From assembly GCA_963555815.3 (NCBI GenBank), contig CAUVWX020000001.1, forward strand, positions 608,001 through 672,000: a stretch of DNA of 64,000 bases, given 5' to 3'. The notes below the pieces were generated by a model, which made no database searches, was not told the DNA's origin, and saw nothing but the letters and a program-made list of their open reading frames with translations. The DNA comes from a bacterium. GTDB lineage: Bacteria; UBA8248; JACPRG01; G963555815. The first letter of the stretch is position 1. Every line of letters starts with the position of its first letter. The position numbers and the translations under genes were made by a program. This document shows, in pieces, positions 38,556 to 48,596 of the stretch.

Positions 38556-39398
38556 GTGAAAATCGCGCTGTCTTTTTACTCCCCTCGGGTGCTCCTTCCT
38601 CTCCTGGAGGGCCTTCTTATCGGGTGCGGGGCCATCGAGGAATTCTTCATCTTCCATCCGGGCCGCACGGTGCACGGAACGCCCAGCGCCCTGGGCCTCC
38701 GCTTTGAGGACGTCCGCTTCCCGGCCGCCGACGGGACGGAGCTTCACGGCTGGTTCGTTCCGGCCCGAGAGGGTGCCGCTTCTGCAACACTCGTCTGGTT
38801 CCACGGCAACGCCGGAAACATCAGCGATCGCCTGGAAAATCTCAAGATCTTTCACGACAGCCTGGAAGTCCACATCTTCCTCTTTGACTACCGGGGCTTT
38901 GGCAATAGCGATGGGAAGATTTCAGAGAAGGGGACGTATCAGGACGCCGAAGGTGCATGGACTTACCTTCAGTCCAGATCGGATGTGGACCCAAAGAAAA
39001 TGGTTTTCTTCGGCCGGTCCCTCGGGGCATCGGTCGCAGTGGAGCTCGCACTGCGCTACCCGCCGGCCGGCCTCATTCTCGAAAGCCCCTTTCTCTCCGT
39101 CCCCGCCATGGCCCGCTCCATCATCCCCCTCCCGCTCGGGCGGCTGTTCAAGACCCGCTACGATTCCCTGGCCAAGATCCCGCAGGTCCGGGTCCCCCTC
39201 CTTGTTCTCCACGGAGACCAGGACACCATCGTCCCCCTCAGCCAGGGGAAGGCGCTCTTTAAGGCGGCCAACGAGCCGAAATCTTTTTACCTCATCGCTG
39301 GGGCGGACCATAACGATACCTACCTCGTCGGCGGTGCGCCCTATCTGAAGGCACTCGCCGAGTTCCTCAAAGAGATAGCCCGAGGGCCGAAGGGCTGA
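38556..39398 (+). CDS. Alpha/beta hydrolase (ABHD17/Bem46-like)
   Basis: FHGNAGN, DYRGFG.S.G, GRSLG nucleophile elbow, HGDQD, GADHND. Confidence 0.9.
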   Translation: MKIALSFYSPRVLLPLLEGLLIGCGAIEEFFIFHPGRTVHGTPSALGLRFEDVRFPAADGTELHGWFVPAREGAASATLVWFHGNAGNISDRLENLKIFHDSLEVHIFLFDYRGFGNSDGKISEKGTYQDAEGAWTYLQSRSDVDPKKMVFFGRSLGASVAVELALRYPPAGLILESPFLSVPAMARSIIPLPLGRLFKTRYDSLAKIPQVRVPLLVLHGDQDTIVPLSQGKALFKAANEPKSFYLIAGADHNDTYLVGGAPYLKALAEFLKEIARGPKG

Positions 39399-39450
39399 CG
39401 CTCCCGCTGAGACATCGACTCAGAGAAGGTCTCACAAAAGGGGAGGTGCA

Positions 39451-40236
39451 ATGACTGGCTCGCAAGTGGTTCGCGTCGGGGGGGAGGGCCCCATCGGCCG
39501 GATCGTCCTCCAGCGGCCTGAGGCCCTGAACGCCCTGAACAGGGAGATGATTCGATCCCTGAGCCAGTCCTTTGATCAGTTGTCCGGCTTGGACGAGGTT
39601 CGGGTGGTCGTCATCGAGAGCGCCTGCGAGCGGGCATTTTCAGCGGGGGCCGACCTGAAGGAACGAAAGGCCCTCTCCGCGGCGGAAACGGAGGCGCTTC
39701 GAAATGAGTTAGTCATTGTGTTTCAAAAGGTTACATGCTTTCCAAAACCCCTTATTGCCGCCGTGCACGGATTCGCTCTGGGGGGTGGCTTCGAGCTGGC
39801 CTTGGCCTGCGATCTCATCTTGGCTGATGAGACGGCTGTCTTCGGCCTCCCAGAGGTAAGCCTCGGCATCATCCCGGCCGGCGGCGGGACGCAGGCCCTT
39901 CCCCGCCGGGTCGGCGCCAGCCGGGCGAAGGAGCTCATCTTCACGGGCCGGCGCATCGACGCCCGAGAGGCCGAACGCCTGGGAATCGTCCTCGAGGTCG
40001 TTCCCCCTGGCGAGGCTGCGAACAGGGCCCACGCCCTGGCGGAGGAGATGGCCCAGAACGCCCCCATCTCCTTGCGTCAGGCAAAAAGGGCCATTGATGG
40101 AGGTCTTGGGCGAAGCCCAGAGCAAGGCTGGGAGATCGAAGACGCCGCCTACAAGATGACCCTGGCGACAGAGGATCGAGAGGAGGGCCTTCGGGCCTTT
40201 GCCGAGCGTCGACGGCCCCAGTATCGGGGTCGCTGA
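39451..40236 (+). CDS. Enoyl-CoA hydratase/isomerase family protein
   Basis: RPEALNAL, FSAGADLKE, GGGFELALACD, LPEVSLGIIP.GGGTQ. Confidence 0.92.
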   Translation: MTGSQVVRVGGEGPIGRIVLQRPEALNALNREMIRSLSQSFDQLSGLDEVRVVVIESACERAFSAGADLKERKALSAAETEALRNELVIVFQKVTCFPKPLIAAVHGFALGGGFELALACDLILADETAVFGLPEVSLGIIPAGGGTQALPRRVGASRAKELIFTGRRIDAREAERLGIVLEVVPPGEAANRAHALAEEMAQNAPISLRQAKRAIDGGLGRSPEQGWEIEDAAYKMTLATEDREEGLRAFAERRRPQYRGR

Positions 40237-40301
40237 GAGATGGTCTAATTCCCCCCTAAAGTGCTCCCCTGTCCGAATATGTCGTGGATGAGCAGACCGC
40301 C

Positions 40302-40330
40302 TTGACACAGGACCTTGAGGTTCCTAGAAT
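40302..40330 (+). promoter_or_regulatory. sigma70 promoter of the rpmH operon
   Basis: TTGACA-17 nt-TAGAAT. Confidence 0.7.
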
Positions 40331-40392
40331 AAAAGATGAGTTAGTCTGATAATTGCTTTGCCCTCCCGTTCCGAAGTGTCCGGAGACCTCGG

Positions 40393-40527
40393 GTGAAAAG
40401 GACCTATCAGCCCAAGCGCAGGAAACGGAAAAGGGTCCATGGCTTTTTTCAGCGAATGAGCTCGCCGGGGGGTCGCAGAGTCCTAAGCGCCAGGCGGCGA
40501 AAAGGACGAAAACGTCTTACTGTCTGA
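40393..40527 (+). CDS. rpmH: 50S ribosomal protein L34 (absent from ORF track)
   Basis: Translated by hand: [44 protein letters not shown], 44 aa. Confidence 0.96.
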   Translation: MKRTYQPKRRKRKRVHGFFQRMSSPGGRRVLSARRRKGRKRLTV

Positions 40528-40548
40528 GGGGGAAATCCTTCTTCAGGG

Positions 40549-40911
40549 GTGGCTGAGAAGTCTTCGGAAAGGATCTCCGACCGTCTCGGCAAAAGGGACT
40601 TCAGCACCATATGTGCAGCCAGGCCCCTTCGGTCTACACCGACCTTCAGGCTCTTCTGGGCGTCGAACACAGGGGCGCTGAAGCGCCTAGGGCTTTCGGT
40701 CTCCAGAAGGGTCGGGTCGGCAGTGGTGCGAAATCGGGTGAGGCGGCGCGTGAAGGAGATCCACCGGCAAAACGCCTTTCTTCTCCCCGACGGAACCGAC
40801 ATCGTGCTGGTGGCACGACCCGGGATTGTGAACCTTTCATATGATGAGCTTCGGACTGCGCTCCTTGAGTCTTTTGAGGCCGTCGCAGCCACAAAGGGTT
40901 CAAGCGGCTAG
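40549..40911 (+). CDS. rnpA: Ribonuclease P protein component
   Basis: RLGLSVSRRVGSAVVRNRVRRR (RNR motif); position after rpmH. Confidence 0.93.
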   Translation: MAEKSSERISDRLGKRDFSTICAARPLRSTPTFRLFWASNTGALKRLGLSVSRRVGSAVVRNRVRRRVKEIHRQNAFLLPDGTDIVLVARPGIVNLSYDELRTALLESFEAVAATKGSSG

Positions 40912-41137
40912 AGGGCGAATCGAGCTCGCTCTTGGGACCACCCTCTCATACGTCATCACCCTCTACCGTGTCAGTCTCTCGCCCTTCCTGCCCCCCACCT
41001 GCCGGTTCAGCCCCTCTTGCTCCGAATATGCCCTGCAGGCCGTCACACGCCACAAACTGTTAAAGGCCATGCAGTTAATCTGCTGGCGGCTTTTGCGGTG
41101 TCATCCTTTCCACCCGGGCGGGCATGACCCGCTTTAA
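40841..41137 (+). CDS. yidD: Membrane protein insertion efficiency factor YidD
   Basis: LSP...CRFSPSCSEYA...RLLRCHPFHPGGHDP; start uncertain. Confidence 0.88.
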   Translation: MMSFGLRSLSLLRPSQPQRVQAARGRIELALGTTLSYVITLYRVSLSPFLPPTCRFSPSCSEYALQAVTRHKLLKAMQLICWRLLRCHPFHPGGHDPL

Positions 41138-41152
41138 TTAGGAAAAGGCCCT

Positions 41153-42832
41153 GTGGAAAAGCGGGCTATTCTGGCAGCTGTCGTCTCAATCGTCATCCTC
41201 ATTGGCTGGCAGTATCTCTTTTTCCGCCCCGCAGAGAGAGCGGCGGAAATAGAGGGACAAGGATCCCAGGAGAGGGTGGCGGAAGTCGAAAGGACACCCT
41301 CTCAGGCAGAAATTCCTCAGAGGAGACCAGCTCCTCCAAGGGGGGAGGGGGTCATTGCCGCATCCCCCTGGCCGGGACCGCTTGCCGAAGGGGGAGAGGA
41401 CATCACTATCGATACCGGTGTGGCCCGGATTGTCCTCACGACCCGCGGGGCCGCTATCAAGCAGGTTCATCTCCTCCATTACGCCGATGAGACGGGGGAA
41501 CCCGTCAAGCTCGTTGTCGCCCCGAATGGGGAGGCCCTCCCGCTCCTTCCTCTTCAGCTCCGATCCACTGACCCCTTCGCCCAGATGGCGAACGAGGGCC
41601 TCTATCAGGCGAGTCAAAAAAGATTAACCCTGAGTCCCGACGCCCCCCAGGGGGAGATCTCCATGACTCTTCAGGGGAATGGGGAGGGCTTTTTGCGCAA
41701 GACGCTCTCCTTCCAGTACGGTTCTTACGCGACGGATGTCCGGCTGGAGTGGGGCGGCGCGGTCATGCCCGAGGGGCTTTCGGTCCTCTGGGGGCCTGGC
41801 ATTGGGGGCGAGGTGAGCGACGGTCGGGCAGGCTACTACAGCACCCTTGGACCCGTCACGCTCCTAGGGGGGGCAGGGGGGGCGAGGCGGGTTGAGGACG
41901 ACTCAGAGGAACCCCAGTTCCTTCGCCACCGGGGGGACATCATGTGGACCTCCCTTCACAGCAAATACTTCATGGCAGCCCTCATCCCGAGGGATTCGGC
42001 AGAGGGGGCGCTGGTGGAGAAGACAGCCGATGGGACAACGGCCGTGGGGCTTGAGTTTCCGGGCGATAAAGGGGAGGCAAGTTTCTTCCTCTACGCGGGT
42101 CCTAAGGAGTACTCGCACCTGAAGACCTATGGCGCTTCTCTGGATCAGGCCGTTGACTTTGGCTTTTTCGGCTTCTTGGCGAAACCCCTCCTCCTGGGGC
42201 TGAACTTTCTTTTCAAGCTAACCGCCAGCTACGGCTGGTCCATCATTCTCTTGACCGTCTTCATCAAGCTCGTCTTTGCTCCCCTGACCCATAAGAGCAC
42301 GAAGTCGATGCAGCAGATGGCGAAGCTTCAGCCTAAGATGAAGTCCCTTCGCGAGATCTATAAGGGTGACAAACAGCGTTTGAACGAAGAGGTCATGAAG
42401 CTCTACCGGGAGCACAAGGTGAACCCTCTGGGTGGCTGCCTTCCCCTCCTTCTTCAGATCCCCGTCTTCTTTGCCCTCTACCGGGTTCTCCTGAGCTCCA
42501 TCGAGCTTCGACAGGCCCCCTTCCTGTGGATCAACGACCTGTCAGCCGCGGAGGCGACGACGATTCCTGTCTTCGTCATCGCCATGGGGGCTTCGATGTG
42601 GCTTCAGCAAAAAATGAGCCCGACCTCGATGGATCCCACCCAGGCCAAGATGATGATGTTCATGCCGATCCTCTTCACCTTCTTGTTCTGGAGTTTTCCC
42701 GTAGGCTTAGTCATCTATTGGTTAGCGAATAACCTCTTGAGCATCGGCCAGCAATACATGACGAACAAGATGACCTCGTCGCCAGCGGTAAGCGCAAAAG
42801 CTCCGTCAAAGCCCGCGAAGAGAGCCAAATAA
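41153..42832 (+). CDS. yidC: Membrane protein insertase YidC
   Basis: N-terminal TM, periplasmic domain, YAGPK, NPLGGCLPLLLQIPVF, WINDLS, GLVIYW. Confidence 0.95.
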   Translation: MEKRAILAAVVSIVILIGWQYLFFRPAERAAEIEGQGSQERVAEVERTPSQAEIPQRRPAPPRGEGVIAASPWPGPLAEGGEDITIDTGVARIVLTTRGAAIKQVHLLHYADETGEPVKLVVAPNGEALPLLPLQLRSTDPFAQMANEGLYQASQKRLTLSPDAPQGEISMTLQGNGEGFLRKTLSFQYGSYATDVRLEWGGAVMPEGLSVLWGPGIGGEVSDGRAGYYSTLGPVTLLGGAGGARRVEDDSEEPQFLRHRGDIMWTSLHSKYFMAALIPRDSAEGALVEKTADGTTAVGLEFPGDKGEASFFLYAGPKEYSHLKTYGASLDQAVDFGFFGFLAKPLLLGLNFLFKLTASYGWSIILLTVFIKLVFAPLTHKSTKSMQQMAKLQPKMKSLREIYKGDKQRLNEEVMKLYREHKVNPLGGCLPLLLQIPVFFALYRVLLSSIELRQAPFLWINDLSAAEATTIPVFVIAMGASMWLQQKMSPTSMDPTQAKMMMFMPILFTFLFWSFPVGLVIYWLANNLLSIGQQYMTNKMTSSPAVSAKAPSKPAKRAK

Positions 42833-42843
42833 AGGGGTGACTG

Positions 42844-43476
42844 ATGGGCAGCATCGAAGTAGAAGGGAAAAGCAAAGAAGAGGCTATGGCCAAGGCCCTT
42901 GGCCAGCTTGGCTTGGTGGAGCAAGAGGTTCACACCGAGGTCCTGGAGGAAGGGCGGAAGTTTCTTGGACTCATTGGGGGCCAATCTGTCCGGCTCAAGG
43001 TGTGGTTTGACGACGAGCTCCTCCGGCTGACCACTGCGAAGCAGACCCTGGAGGAGATCCTGGCAAAGATGGGCGTCCAGGCCCGGGTCGAAGGCACCCG
43101 CCGGGATGGCACCCTCTATTTGAATCTTCACAGCGAGAACAGCGGCCTCCTCATCGGACGCCACGGTGAGACCATTGACGCCCTTCAGTTCATCACCCAT
43201 AGGATTGTCAACCGGGCTTACTCTTCCAAAATCCGGGTGGTCGTGGACACGGAAGGCTACCGCTACCACCGCGAGGAAAGACTCCGCCAGATAGCAACCC
43301 GCCTCGCCGAGCAGGTAAAAACCTCTGGCGAGGCTGTACCGTGTGAGCCCATGACCCCTGATGAGCGGCGAATCATTCACCTCGCCCTCCAGGGGGATAA
43401 GGATGTCGAGACCTCCAGCACGGGAGAGGGCGCCCTGCGGCGTGTCGTGATATCCCGGACCCGCGAAGGGGCGTAA
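42844..43476 (+). CDS. jag: Jag/EloR (KhpB) RNA-binding protein
   Basis: Jag N-domain, KH LLIGRHGETIDALQ, R3H ERRIIH. Confidence 0.92.
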   Translation: MGSIEVEGKSKEEAMAKALGQLGLVEQEVHTEVLEEGRKFLGLIGGQSVRLKVWFDDELLRLTTAKQTLEEILAKMGVQARVEGTRRDGTLYLNLHSENSGLLIGRHGETIDALQFITHRIVNRAYSSKIRVVVDTEGYRYHREERLRQIATRLAEQVKTSGEAVPCEPMTPDERRIIHLALQGDKDVETSSTGEGALRRVVISRTREGA

Positions 43477-43534
43477 CCCATCGGCGAAGCGTTTCACCCG
43501 ACATCCCCCACCCCCACCCCTGCCTGCTCCAACG

Positions 43535-44230
43535 GTGGCTAACATCCCGCCTTGGAGATTTAATCGCCGCCAGATCGCCACTGCCTTTGAGGAAAGGGGT
43601 GTTCTCCTAAGTTCAAAGCAGGAAGAGCAGTTCGCCACCTTCCTCGAAGGGATCTGTAGGTGGAATCAAAGCGTCAGGCTGACTGGCATTAGAAACCCAG
43701 AGGAGATCTTGAAAGCACTTCTTGTTGAGTCGGCTGAGTTTTTGAATCTCTGGGAGCCCCCTGCTTCGGGCAGAGCTGTGGACGTGGGCTCGGGCGCTGG
43801 CATTCCCGGACTTCCCTTGAAAATTCTGAGACCCCATCTTTTCCTGTCCGTCGTGGAGGCAAACGAGAGGAAGACGGCCTTTCTGAAGGAGCAGGTCCGC
43901 CAGCTCGGCCTTCATGGGGTGGAGGTTCTGTGCGCCCGGGCCGAGGACCTCTGCGAGTCCGAGGACCACCGGGGGCGCTACCACGCTGCTTTTTCCCGGG
44001 GGGTTGGCCCCCTTGGGAGGCTTCTTCCCTGGGTGTGGCCCTTTCTCGTCCAAGGGGGAATTTTCCTCTTAAGACAAGGAAAACAATATATTAAAGAGAC
44101 AGAGGACGCCCTTCGCCAGTGGGAAGGGCTTGGCGTGCAGGTGGCAGGCGAGAGGCCCATGGAAAAAGGCCGTCTCATTGCGCTTCAAAAGGGGGATGTT
44201 TCACGTGAAACCCCCCTGCGGGTAGGCTGA
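43535..44230 (+). CDS. rsmG: 16S rRNA m7G527 methyltransferase RsmG
   Basis: WN...LTG, DVGSGAGIPGLPL, E...RK..FL, RAE. Confidence 0.88.
   Translation: MANIPPWRFNRRQIATAFEERGVLLSSKQEEQFATFLEGICRWNQSVRLTGIRNPEEILKALLVESAEFLNLWEPPASGRAVDVGSGAGIPGLPLKILRPHLFLSVVEANERKTAFLKEQVRQLGLHGVEVLCARAEDLCESEDHRGRYHAAFSRGVGPLGRLLPWVWPFLVQGGIFLLRQGKQYIKETEDALRQWEGLGVQVAGERPMEKGRLIALQKGDVSRETPLRVG
44197..44212. promoter_or_regulatory. parS centromere-like site
   Basis: TGTTTCACGTGAAACC, 15/16 match to TGTTTCACGTGAAACA, just upstream of parA. Confidence 0.9.
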
Positions 44231-44234
44231 TCCA

Positions 44235-44999
44235 GTGGCAAAGATTATCGCAGTTGCCAACCAGAAGGGCGGGGTTGGAAAGACTACAACGGCAGTCAAT
44301 CTGTCTGCCGGCCTCGCCCTTGCGCAGCGGAGAACCCTCCTCATCGACATGGACCCTCAGGGTCACAGCACAAGCGGCCTTGGCCTCGTAGACCCGGGCC
44401 CTTCGGGGGGGGCCTATCCAGTCCTCATCGGCAAGATAGGGGCACAGGAGGTCACCCGGGGAACCTCTCTGCCTTTTCTTCAGGTTATCCCCTCGGGCGT
44501 GGACCTGATCGGGGTGGAGGTGGAATTGGTCAGCGTGGATAACAGAGAGGGACGCCTTAGGGCTGCGATCTCGTCCCTTGACGCCCAGTACGAGTTCATC
44601 CTCATCGACTGTCCCCCTTCCCTCGGCTTCCTCACTCTGAACGCCCTGCTGGCGGCTCACTCTATCCTCATCCCCCTCCAGTGCGAATATTACGCCCTGG
44701 AGGGTCTGAGCCAGCTCCTTCGGACAGTGAACTTGGTGAGGACCCGTTTCCACCACAGTTCGCTAAGGATTGAGGGGGTCCTCCTCACGATGTTCGACCC
44801 CAGGACGGCCCTCTCCCACCAAGTGGCCGCCGAGGTCAGGGCCCACTTTGACGGGAAGGTCTTTGAAAGCGTGATCCCTAGAAATGTCCGGCTGGGAGAA
44901 GCTCCCAGCCACGGGAAGCCCGCTGTCCTGTACGATAGCAAAGCGAGCGGGTCTATGGCCTACCTTCACCTCACAGAGGAGATCCTCGCCAATGGCTAG
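44235..44999 (+). CDS. parA: Chromosome partitioning ATPase ParA/Soj
   Basis: NQKGGVGKTTT, DMDPQG, IDCPPSLG, QCEYYALEG, IPRNVRLGEAPSHG. Confidence 0.96.
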   Translation: MAKIIAVANQKGGVGKTTTAVNLSAGLALAQRRTLLIDMDPQGHSTSGLGLVDPGPSGGAYPVLIGKIGAQEVTRGTSLPFLQVIPSGVDLIGVEVELVSVDNREGRLRAAISSLDAQYEFILIDCPPSLGFLTLNALLAAHSILIPLQCEYYALEGLSQLLRTVNLVRTRFHHSSLRIEGVLLTMFDPRTALSHQVAAEVRAHFDGKVFESVIPRNVRLGEAPSHGKPAVLYDSKASGSMAYLHLTEEILANG

Positions 45000-45825
45000 A
45001 AAAGCTCTTGGAAAAGGCCTTGGAGCGCTTCTCACAATGCCAGAACCATCTATTTTAGATGGCGTTGCAGAGATTCCGATGGAGGAAATCCGACCGGGGG
45101 CACACCAGCCGAGGCGAAAATTTAACGAAAAAGCGCTCCATGAGCTCGCCGCCTCCATCCGAGGACAAGGGCTCCTCCAGCCAGTCGTCGTCAGACCCCT
45201 TCCCGAGGGGGGCTATGAGCTTGTGGCCGGCGAGCGTCGCTGGAGAGCGGCCAGGCTGGCAAGCCTTCAAGCCATACCCGCGGTCGTCAGGGAAGCCAAT
45301 GATCAACAGGCCACCGAGCTCTCTCTCGTTGAAAACATCCAGCGGGAAGACTTGAACGCGATCGAACAGGCCGAGGCCTACCGAAGGCTCATGGATGAAT
45401 TTGGCCTCTCCCAGGAAGACGTGGCCGCACAGACGGGGAAGGACCGCACGACCATTTCAAACTTCCTAAGGCTCCTGAATCTCCCTAAGATCATCCAAGA
45501 AGAGGTCATGGAGGGCAGGCTGACTGCGGGCCACGCTCGGGCCCTCCTCACGCTCCCCTCCCAGAAAGCGCAACTGGATCTTTGCAAGAAGATAAAAGCC
45601 AAAGGTCTTTCGGTGAGGCAAGCAGAGACCCTTGCGAAACAGTCAGAAAGGAAGAGCCCCGCACCCAGGTCCAAGGACATCTTCCTTTCGGAGGCTGAGG
45701 AGGCGCTTAGAAGGCGGCTTGGGACAAAGGTGAGGATCCAGGGGAGTGCGAAAAGAGGCAAGATCGAGATCAACTATTTCACGGGAGAAGAGCTGGAGGG
45801 CCTGCTCTCTCTTTTGACAGAATAA
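44992..45825 (+). CDS. parB: Chromosome partitioning protein ParB/Spo0J
   Basis: RKALGKGL, QPR, AGERRWRAA, ENIQREDL, HTH, GHARAL. Confidence 0.96.
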   Translation: MARKALGKGLGALLTMPEPSILDGVAEIPMEEIRPGAHQPRRKFNEKALHELAASIRGQGLLQPVVVRPLPEGGYELVAGERRWRAARLASLQAIPAVVREANDQQATELSLVENIQREDLNAIEQAEAYRRLMDEFGLSQEDVAAQTGKDRTTISNFLRLLNLPKIIQEEVMEGRLTAGHARALLTLPSQKAQLDLCKKIKAKGLSVRQAETLAKQSERKSPAPRSKDIFLSEAEEALRRRLGTKVRIQGSAKRGKIEINYFTGEELEGLLSLLTE

Positions 45826-45831
45826 AAAAAG

Positions 45832-46860
45832 ATGGAGCCCGCTCGAAGAATGGAGAAAGAGAAGATCGCCGTCATCGGGGCTGGCGCGTGGGGGACGACG
45901 CTTGCCAACTATCTCGCCAAAAGGGACCACCCCGTCTCCCTCTGGGCCTATGAGCCCGAGGTCTGCGAGGCCATCCGAAGCCGGCGCGAGAACCCGCAAT
46001 TTCTACCGGGGGTCTCCCTTCACCCCGGCATCTCTCCGACCAATCGTCTCTCCGAGGCGGCCCAGGGCGCTTCTCTCATCCTCTCGGCGGTCCCTTCTCA
46101 GGTGGTGCGCTCCCTCTGGCAAACGCTCTCCGCTCACCTCGCGTCTTCCACTGACGCGGTCAGCGTCTCCAAGGGGCTTGAGACGAGCTCTCTACTGACA
46201 ATGACTCAGGTCATCCGCGAGGCCGTGCCGGACTCCGTCGCACTTCGTCTCGCCGCCCTCTCCGGGCCAACCTTCGCGAGCGAGGTCAGCCAGGGATACC
46301 CCACGGCGGCCGTCGTGGCCTCCAAGGAGCCCGGCCTCGCCCAAAAAGTACAAACGCTCCTGTCAGGTCCTTCCTTGCGCCTCTACACCCACGACGATGT
46401 CCTCGGGGTGGAGCTGGGAGGGGCGTTGAAGAACGTCATGGCCCTTGGAGCCGGGATTTCAGACGGGCTTGGCCTTGGCTATAATGCGCGGGCCGCCCTC
46501 ATCGTCCGCGGGATGGCCGAGATGGCCCGACTTGGGGAAGCCATGGGGGCATGCGCCCAGACCTTCGCAGGCCTGGCGGGATTCGGAGATCTGGTCCTCA
46601 CTTGCACGGGCGATGCCAGCCGAAACCGCACCCTGGGCCTTCGCATCGGCGGGGGAGAAAAACTAAAGGATATCCTTCAAGGGATGCGGACGGTTGCAGA
46701 AGGTGTCGAGGCATCCCGGGCGGCGCGCCAGCTGGGTGAGCGTTTCCATACAGAACTCCCCATTACGGAGAAGGTGTGTCAGATCCTCTTCGAGGGAAAA
46801 CCGGCGCGGAAGGCCATGGGAGAACTGATGGCGCGAGAGCTGAAGCCGGAGTTCGCCTGA
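45832..46860 (+). CDS. gpsA: NAD(P)H-dependent glycerol-3-phosphate dehydrogenase
   Basis: GAGAWGT, SKGLE, LSGPTFA, GGALKNV, GDLVLTC, SRN, AEG; start may be 45850. Confidence 0.95.
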   Translation: MEPARRMEKEKIAVIGAGAWGTTLANYLAKRDHPVSLWAYEPEVCEAIRSRRENPQFLPGVSLHPGISPTNRLSEAAQGASLILSAVPSQVVRSLWQTLSAHLASSTDAVSVSKGLETSSLLTMTQVIREAVPDSVALRLAALSGPTFASEVSQGYPTAAVVASKEPGLAQKVQTLLSGPSLRLYTHDDVLGVELGGALKNVMALGAGISDGLGLGYNARAALIVRGMAEMARLGEAMGACAQTFAGLAGFGDLVLTCTGDASRNRTLGLRIGGGEKLKDILQGMRTVAEGVEASRAARQLGERFHTELPITEKVCQILFEGKPARKAMGELMARELKPEFA

Positions 46861-46933
46861 CGGATTTTCTGAAGAGATTTTTCCGAGAGGAGAGAAGCAG
46901 GCGCCTTATGATTTTCTTTCCCGGATACAGTTG

Positions 46934-47515
46934 ATGGATCTTGCCGGCCTCCTTCGCTTCGACGTCCAAATTTTCCACCTCGTCAATTCCGCCGCGTGGC
47001 CCGAATGGTTCTCTACGCTCCTCGCCGTTCTCGCGCGCTCAAGCCTCTGGACGGCGCCCATCGCCATTTCCTTCCTCCTCCTGGTCATCGTCGGGAAGAG
47101 CCGGGCGAGGCTTTATGTGGCCTCAGCCATCATCACGCTCGCCCTCATAGAGCTTGTCGTCTCGAGCGCCCTGAAACCCCTCATCGCAAGGCCAAGGCCC
47201 TGCAAGGTGCTTTCCGACGTCCGGCTGGTTGGAGGATGCACGAGCTCCTTCTCCATGCCCTCGGGCCACGCGGCGAATTCTTTCGGGCAGGCGGTTCTCC
47301 TCGGCCTCTTTTACCCGCCCTCCCTGGCCTTCTCCCTGCCTGTGGCAGGGCTTGTCTCCCTTTCTCGCGTATCTCAGGGAAAGCACTATCCATCCGACGT
47401 GACTGCGGGAGCGGTCATCGGAATTGCGGTCGCCTTCGGGGTCAGACGGGGTTTTCTCTTTCTATGGCAAAGTTTCTTGACATTCCGAGCCCGTCGTCGT
47501 CATCCTCCTGGCTGA
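46934..47515 (+). CDS. PAP2 family phosphatase
   Basis: K..IARPRP, SMPSGH, SRVSQGKHYPSDV. Confidence 0.9.
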   Translation: MDLAGLLRFDVQIFHLVNSAAWPEWFSTLLAVLARSSLWTAPIAISFLLLVIVGKSRARLYVASAIITLALIELVVSSALKPLIARPRPCKVLSDVRLVGGCTSSFSMPSGHAANSFGQAVLLGLFYPPSLAFSLPVAGLVSLSRVSQGKHYPSDVTAGAVIGIAVAFGVRRGFLFLWQSFLTFRARRRHPPG

Positions 47516-47540
47516 CCCTTCCCTGTCGAGAGGGACGCTA

Positions 47541-48596
47541 GTGCGCCAAGATCTCGCCACAGGAGCCGACCCCACGAAAAGGACAATGGGTGCAGGGATG
47601 ACAAAAGACGCCGTTAAGGGATCAGAAAGCTCTGCCGGGGCGACCGGGGCCCTCGACCTTTCCGTCGTCATCCTTCTGTTCAACGAGGCGGAGAACATCC
47701 CCACCCTGCACGCCGATATCTCCCAAACCCTCTCCCCCCTTGGGGTGAGCTACGAGATCCTTTATGTGGACGACGGCAGCACCGACGGGACGCACGAGAT
47801 CCTGAAAGGCATCCGGGAAGGAGACTCTCACACTCTCTTCATCTCCTTTCGCCGAAATTTCGGGCAGACCGCAGCCCTCCAGGCGGGCTTTGATCACGCC
47901 CGGGGGGACATCATCATCACCATGGATGGAGACCTTCAGAACGACCCTCGGGACATCCCCGCGCTCTTGGAGAAAGCCCGCCACCACGATGTCGTGAGCG
48001 GCTGGCGCCGGACCCGAAAGGATCCCTTCTGGTCTCGCCGGCTCCCCTCTACCATCGCCAACCGGCTCATCTCCTGGATCACGGGGGTCAAGCTCCACGA
48101 CTACGGCTGCACCCTCAAGGCCTACCGCCGGGAGGTCATCGAGAACATCCATCTCCACGGGGACCTTCACCGCTTTGTCCCGGCCCTCGCCGCCTGGGTG
48201 GGAATCGATCTGGTAGAGATGGAGGTCCGTCACCACCCCCGCCGCTTTGGAAAATCGAAATATTCCATCTGGCGGACCTTCGGGGTGCTCCTGGACCTTC
48301 TCGTGGTCAAATTCTTCCTGAGCTTCTCGGCCTCTCCCATCCGCATCTTCGGCGGCATCGGGGCCGTCACCTTTATGGGGGGGTTCGGGATCTCCCTCTA
48401 TCTCACCTTCCTCAAGCTGGTCCTGGGTCAGCAAATCGGTGGAAGACCCCTTCTCCTCCTCGGGGCCCTCCTGCTCCTCGTAGGGGTCCAGCTCATCATG
48501 ATGGGCCTCCTGGGGGAGCTCGTCGCCCGGATCTACTATGAGAAAAAACCCCTCTATATCCTCAAGCACCGCCCTTCCGAAAAGACGGCGAAATAG
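47541..48596 (+). CDS. GT2 glycosyltransferase (ArnC/GtrB/DPM-like)
   Basis: FNEAEN, VDDGSTD, RNFGQ, MDGDLQNDP, two C-terminal TM helices; start may be 47598. Confidence 0.9.
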   Translation: MRQDLATGADPTKRTMGAGMTKDAVKGSESSAGATGALDLSVVILLFNEAENIPTLHADISQTLSPLGVSYEILYVDDGSTDGTHEILKGIREGDSHTLFISFRRNFGQTAALQAGFDHARGDIIITMDGDLQNDPRDIPALLEKARHHDVVSGWRRTRKDPFWSRRLPSTIANRLISWITGVKLHDYGCTLKAYRREVIENIHLHGDLHRFVPALAAWVGIDLVEMEVRHHPRRFGKSKYSIWRTFGVLLDLLVVKFFLSFSASPIRIFGGIGAVTFMGGFGISLYLTFLKLVLGQQIGGRPLLLLGALLLLVGVQLIMMGLLGELVARIYYEKKPLYILKHRPSEKTAK

